Shown here piece by piece: positions 27,901 through 31,442 of a stretch of DNA of 31,442 nt (positions are counted from its first letter, which is position 1; each line of letters opens with the position of its first letter). The notes beneath the pieces were generated by a model that worked only from the letters and a program-made list of their open reading frames with translations, was not told where the DNA came from and did no database searches. A program made the translations under genes and the position numbers. This stretch comes from Candidatus Thorarchaeota archaeon (GTDB taxonomy: Archaea; Asgardarchaeota; Thorarchaeia; Thorarchaeales; Thorarchaeaceae): positions 1 to 31,442 of the forward strand of contig JBHIAE010000032.1 in the NCBI GenBank assembly GCA_046758445.1. The letters run 5' to 3'.

Positions 27901-30900
27901 TCAATTGTCATGTTGAGAGGATACTGTCCCGGGTAGACATTTGGCAGGAAGTCCCAGAAGATCTCGTAGCTGAATGATGTCCCGGACTTGGTGAATGTCC
28001 CTGCGAAAATGAAGTTGTAGTCGAAGTCATACAGCGGATTTCCATATATGTCGACAACTGCGAAATCAAACGTTGAGTTCTGATGATTGAAGACCATATT
28101 GGGAACGTAGACATCAACAACAGCTTGACCGTTCACTGTCAAATCACGATAGAAGTCATCCAGGAAGAGATATGGATGCTCCACCGCTATGTGTATGGAG
28201 TAATTCCCTGGCGGGTAGCCAACAGTATCTAGGTCCACCCAGTAGCTACCGTTACCAAATGGAATGAATGCCATGCTACTAGGACTGTATGCTGTCACCG
28301 TTGCATCGGGAACGAAATATCCAGACCAATCGCTTACAGTCACTGTGAGTGTCGTCAAGTCCCCTTGATTCAGTACCCAATTCAGCGAAGACTCAACAGC
28401 AATGTTGGGCAATGAGTACACATACAAATCGTGAATGTCGGCCCTGGGCTGTCCGAAGTCTGCACCAACATATACGGTGAAGCTGTGTTGACCGATGCTT
28501 AGCGACGCATTCAGTTCGACTCTGAACTCAGCTCCTTCCACGTAGATGGCCGTATGGTTGGTTTCGCCAAGCTCTGCAATGGCCCATGCTCCCTCCGGCG
28601 TCACGCCATACGAGTCATAAACAAAGATTGAAACCGTGAAGTTCGCTCCACCCGTGACTGTTGACTCATAGCCAACTGCCGGAGCGAGAGTACCGGTAAC
28701 CACCATTGAGTACGGATCGAATATTGTCCCTTCAACATAGGGGTGCTGTACGATTATCTCTGCCGTGTAGTTACCGACAGGCATCGCAGCCAAGTCGCTC
28801 AGCAAGTATCTTCCGGGCGCCACCTCCACAAGTATGAACTCTGTAACACCAAAGTCCACCCTCACATTTGCGCCGTCAATCGGGTTTCCGTAGACATCAG
28901 TGATGTTGAGCCAAGTTGTGAAGAACTGGTCTTGAAGAGTTTCTGCAGGGGAGTTGCGCAAGATATTCAGAGAGTACGCCACAACTGACACGGACTTGGA
29001 ATGGTTGGTTCCGCTGGTCGCATATTCGTGGTCCGCTGAGGCAAGAACCGAGTAGCTGCCGGGGGCAAGATTGATTCCTGTAACAGAGGTGTAGTATGAT
29101 CCTCCCACATAGGACACGGGATAGTTGACTGAGTTGAGTGTTACGTTAACATCCGCATCCGTTACTTTCGTGCCAAGGCTGTCTGTTACAGTGATGTTGA
29201 TGTCAAGGTCATGCCCCTGGAAGACCTCGGACTGAGTAAACACCTCTATAGTGAGCGGAGACTCGACTCTCAATGCGTTCTCGAACTCCTGCACCACGCC
29301 CTCGTAGTACTCGTGGCTGACAGAGAGTGATAGGTTTGTCATTCCCATTGGCCAATTCGGAGCAACAGTCGTCGTGTATATGTCGGCCATGTCATCATAT
29401 ACCATTCCCATTGTCTGCTCAGAAGTTCCTCCTCCGAAACGATATGAAGCAACGAGGGATACAGAAGCATCAGCTATTGGTTCGGCATATACGTTGAGGA
29501 CAGTAGCATTTGCCCATAGGCTGCTACCCTGTAGTGTTACATTTGCTTCAAGGTCAAAAGTCACATCCAGCATGTATAGAAGGTCAAGATTGCGTATTGT
29601 TGCCAAAGTGTAACGAGATTTGAAAATCGGAAACGCAACGATGTCCTCGCCAGCGCCGACATCTACATTCCCAATGGGAGCCATGTTGAAGGCAATGCCT
29701 ACGCTAGCACTATAATCAATCGTGCCACTGAAGCTAACTGCAGTCAGCCGGTCGTCAGAGGTGGAAATGACGAATTCTTCCTCTCCGTCCCCATCGAAGT
29801 CCAATACTATTCCGCTTCTAGGTATAGCCTCACTTACGTAGACTGACCACAACTGTACAGCTGTGGTAGACAGCTCATAAAGTGTAGCATTTCCGCTATC
29901 ATCGAGATAGCATAGCTCATCCACTCCATCCGCGTCTACGTCTCGAGGGAATGTGACCCTGATATGTTGGCCTGTGAACATGTAACTGGGCCAATCACCT
30001 ACACTGACAGTATTCGCATCTACAAGACAGATGTAGTTCGTTGGTACGTCAATCAGCCAACTAAGATAGACCACCACAAGTTGTGCACTTGAGTGTGTGG
30101 AATTCCTGTATACTTGGATACTTAGTGGCTCATCAAACATTGTTGATCCCGGAGATGAGTAATTGAGCGTCTTCAAGTATGTCACATTATTCAGATGGTA
30201 GAAGTCAACCTCACCACTATCTCTCAGTATCGCGAGCTGAGGATTTGAACCGAACATGTCGATTGGAACATAGTCCACAACAGTCGAAGTCTCTTTCAGA
30301 GCCACTTCAGTCCATGTGGCAAAGCTTTCATCTACCCGCACGAGGAATAGACCAGTGACATTCTTTCCGACATATGCCAGCTCGTCGAGATTGTCTCCAT
30401 CATCATCGACAATCACTACTCCATGCTCCCGTTTTGCGGGATACAGGCTATAGGTGGCGTTCCTCCAAGACGCAAAGGTATCGCCGTTGAATGCCCAAAT
30501 CCGTATATGCGTTTGATTGTTTCTGATGAGCACCGGGTCTAGCACGGAGTCCCCATCAAACATGCCAGTATAGATTTCGAACTCCTCGTCCGTTGTGGTT
30601 TCAGTTAGAGTGAATTCACCGAGCTTCGCAAAGCTTGAATCGAACACTCTCAAGCTCGTGGTCTTTGATTCCCCATCTGATATGACATTGTATACTCGTT
30701 TCTCGCCGAGAGAGTTGTTGCCCAGCGCTAAGACGTGCCTCTGGGCTTGATCAAATGTGACATTATAGAACAGACCGGACTCAGTATGTCCTTCAACTTT
30801 CAGAACGTATGGATTTGTGAAATTGCCATAAGAGTACGTATTCAGATATGGGTCCACGACCTCAATGTAGTACTGATAGTTTCCGGGCTGTAGATCGGTT

Positions 30901-31442
30901 TCAAGGAAGATATACTTCCCATTTGGTGCCTCAGTCATCACATTCTCTTGGTAACCTGGAATCATTAGGTCTGCAGGACGAATGTAGATCTTCGCTTCTT
31001 CCACGAATATCTCATCAGTCGCGGTGAGCTCCACTTTGAGATAGGGATCATAGACAGTTGGATGGATCGGATAAAGAGGATCCAGAGATACTTGAGGTGG
31101 ATCCGTATCACTGAGGAGGACGTTGATTTGACCTTGGAGAGTGACTACGTCGTCTCTACCATCCCCATTGATGTCATAAGACAGAATCTGTTCGAAGGGA
31201 GCCGGCAGTCTCGGGTCCTCATAGCCTGTCACAGCGTTTCTCCCTCTGAACAAGGCATATTGTCCTCTGGGACCCTCGACTGCGACATCAGTGTGAGAAT
31301 CCGAATCTAGGTATCCCGTTGCGAATGCGCGCGATGACATGCCGATGCACTCTTCATTGGAAACTCTCATCATGGTTCCAGAGGCTCCGTTAGCAAAGTA
31401 CATTGTATAGTATTGACCAGGAACAACAACCAGATCCACCTG
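24969..31442 (-). CDS. Giant surface protein: FG-GAP propellers + ~12 Ig-like repeats + 7 predicted TM helices + acidic tail (5'-truncated)
   Basis: The frame is open to the window edge (CAG at 31442-31440). DxDGDG-type motifs, repeated V.D.yGnP Ig-like units and seven C-terminal hydrophobic segments. Confidence 0.85.
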   Translation of the reverse strand, partial: QVDLVVVPGQYYTMYFANGASGTMMRVSNEECIGMSSRAFATGYLDSDSHTDVAVEGPRGQYALFRGRNAVTGYEDPRLPAPFEQILSYDINGDGRDDVVTLQGQINVLLSDTDPPQVSLDPLYPIHPTVYDPYLKVELTATDEIFVEEAKIYIRPADLMIPGYQENVMTEAPNGKYIFLETDLQPGNYQYYIEVVDPYLNTYSYGNFTNPYVLKVEGHTESGLFYNVTFDQAQRHVLALGNNSLGEKRVYNVISDGESKTTSLRVFDSSFAKLGEFTLTETTTDEEFEIYTGMFDGDSVLDPVLIRNNQTHIRIWAFNGDTFASWRNATYSLYPAKREHGVVIVDDDGDNLDELAYVGKNVTGLFLVRVDESFATWTEVALKETSTVVDYVPIDMFGSNPQLAILRDSGEVDFYHLNNVTYLKTLNYSSPGSTMFDEPLSIQVYRNSTHSSAQLVVVYLSWLIDVPTNYICLVDANTVSVGDWPSYMFTGQHIRVTFPRDVDADGVDELCYLDDSGNATLYELSTTAVQLWSVYVSEAIPRSGIVLDFDGDGEEEFVISTSDDRLTAVSFSGTIDYSASVGIAFNMAPIGNVDVGAGEDIVAFPIFKSRYTLATIRNLDLLYMLDVTFDLEANVTLQGSSLWANATVLNVYAEPIADASVSLVASYRFGGGTSEQTMGMVYDDMADIYTTTVAPNWPMGMTNLSLSVSHEYYEGVVQEFENALRVESPLTIEVFTQSEVFQGHDLDINITVTDSLGTKVTDADVNVTLNSVNYPVSYVGGSYYTSVTGINLAPGSYSVLASADHEYATSGTNHSKSVSVVAYSLNILRNSPAETLQDQFFTTWLNITDVYGNPIDGANVRVDFGVTEFILVEVAPGRYLLSDLAAMPVGNYTAEIIVQHPYVEGTIFDPYSMVVTGTLAPAVGYESTVTGGANFTVSIFVYDSYGVTPEGAWAIAELGETNHTAIYVEGAEFRVELNASLSIGQHSFTVYVGADFGQPRADIHDLYVYSLPNIAVESSLNWVLNQGDLTTLTVTVSDWSGYFVPDATVTAYSPSSMAFIPFGNGSYWVDLDTVGYPPGNYSIHIAVEHPYLFLDDFYRDLTVNGQAVVDVYVPNMVFNHQNSTFDFAVVDIYGNPLYDFDYNFIFAGTFTKSGTSFSYEIFWDFLPNVYPGQYPLNMTIDGPFLSQSQFVVWVDVLGSTLASVLSPLNQSTYLQGNQINFTVFVEDLATYSISGAEVTATLRGSTYTLTEGASGVYSRIVPTAGLPLGQYSVTVGISHDYLTTDSAYLELFVEGYAEVDLSVNPSPVQNKFNVTFNLTITDQYSIPLPNFDYTLDFAGVYNKSGYSTSHKLSWTVLPNFIAGNYWLNITLNGTYLLYTTFNFSIGVKGVVAASILAPMDGAAFTQGDNIEFSVLVQDELFNNITGATVELRVGGRTYFLSEVSDGIYNGTVAATDLQIGEYLAQVIVSQAFMDTQQLAVSISLTGDTNIVVNTKPDTIVNYENAMFEVLVTDLGGFTVNEFNYFMDLGGVYNTSGTADFYNKTWTFVPQLLPGSYVLNVTISGPRIPTKWVTRVVQVKSETNATLFSPMENTAYIQGTDSIVFRVDLRDMLDNVMDGGYVSVLIHDSFFVLTDEDNGTYTRVVSTAGWAAGDYNYTLTVSHPYLAQESTLKGNVEVLAELQFHVEFMPEKPQQGDLINITIEVTDKYGNPVSGLNISITFQNHLKDAIETTQIGEYLVSYVVADHGFGDNAIVVEAEGAMCVAFPGQELASVWVDVAVPQIALTFESFGVLFIIVFLISFVGMVIYFRISRGLSITRGTQEQLMRGIRRLDYLYGSVVGLAGLTILHSYISAGAGNFALAVAESVLVLGISLILYGIWLYRDASSSILHTQKINRRRMLLGLWHLIFVPISIVQIFDWGFHIEWFEYYVLREVLRLGEVYVPTIVLTIFAAYISSIIIVVVNLYREVRSGLSRVKEMATLGTPPIVVEQECVDLVEKMGSSIRMKFFMFLVVLAGTTVLTMDFLRSYSLGVIVLMPVIFILVIPYVTSKMAQGVSRASGAIRERREVDRLLPEIADEPTEIVPPTEKELPEAEMVEEMDDKPEEVVAKPKTRLTKAEIIDILAEEIKEIMGLEELQKLTKAQLEELLPVEEEEQEE

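Noticed and set aside
1-31442. tRNA, rRNA, CRISPR array, IS/transposase or provirus
   Set aside because: I saw no cloverleaf, regularly spaced direct repeats, terminal inverted repeats, or integrase/transposase/capsid motifs. This was by eye only; no scan was run.

Overview
Gene-dense archaeal window with about 25 CDS. Both edge genes are truncated. I recognised no rRNA, tRNA, CRISPR array or transposase. FwdA together with a Ras-superfamily GTPase, a DENN-like protein and a longin-roadblock fusion points to an Asgard archaeon, plausibly Thorarchaeia (inference from gene content only). Metabolic genes: fwdA 3' part, SAM methyltransferase, NSS transporter with a small membrane partner, metallophosphoesterase, iron-sulfur flavoprotein, CobO/BtuR, a B12-dependent acyl-CoA mutase large subunit with isobutyryl-CoA-mutase residues, MBL hydrolase, two DUF998-like proteins, an MFS transporter, and a GlcD-like/HdrD-GlcF-like pair. 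The best candidates for new biology are: (1) a two-gene module of a Zn-finger + DENN-like protein and a small GTPase with a Ran-like P-loop; (2) a >2157-aa surface protein with FG-GAP propellers, about 12 Ig-like repeats, seven predicted TM helices and an acidic tail, i.e. an adhesion-GPCR-like architecture; (3) a longin-roadblock fusion; (4) an NSS transporter with a lysine in the Na1 site. All family assignments come from reading motifs by eye and from recalled reference sequences; no searches were run.
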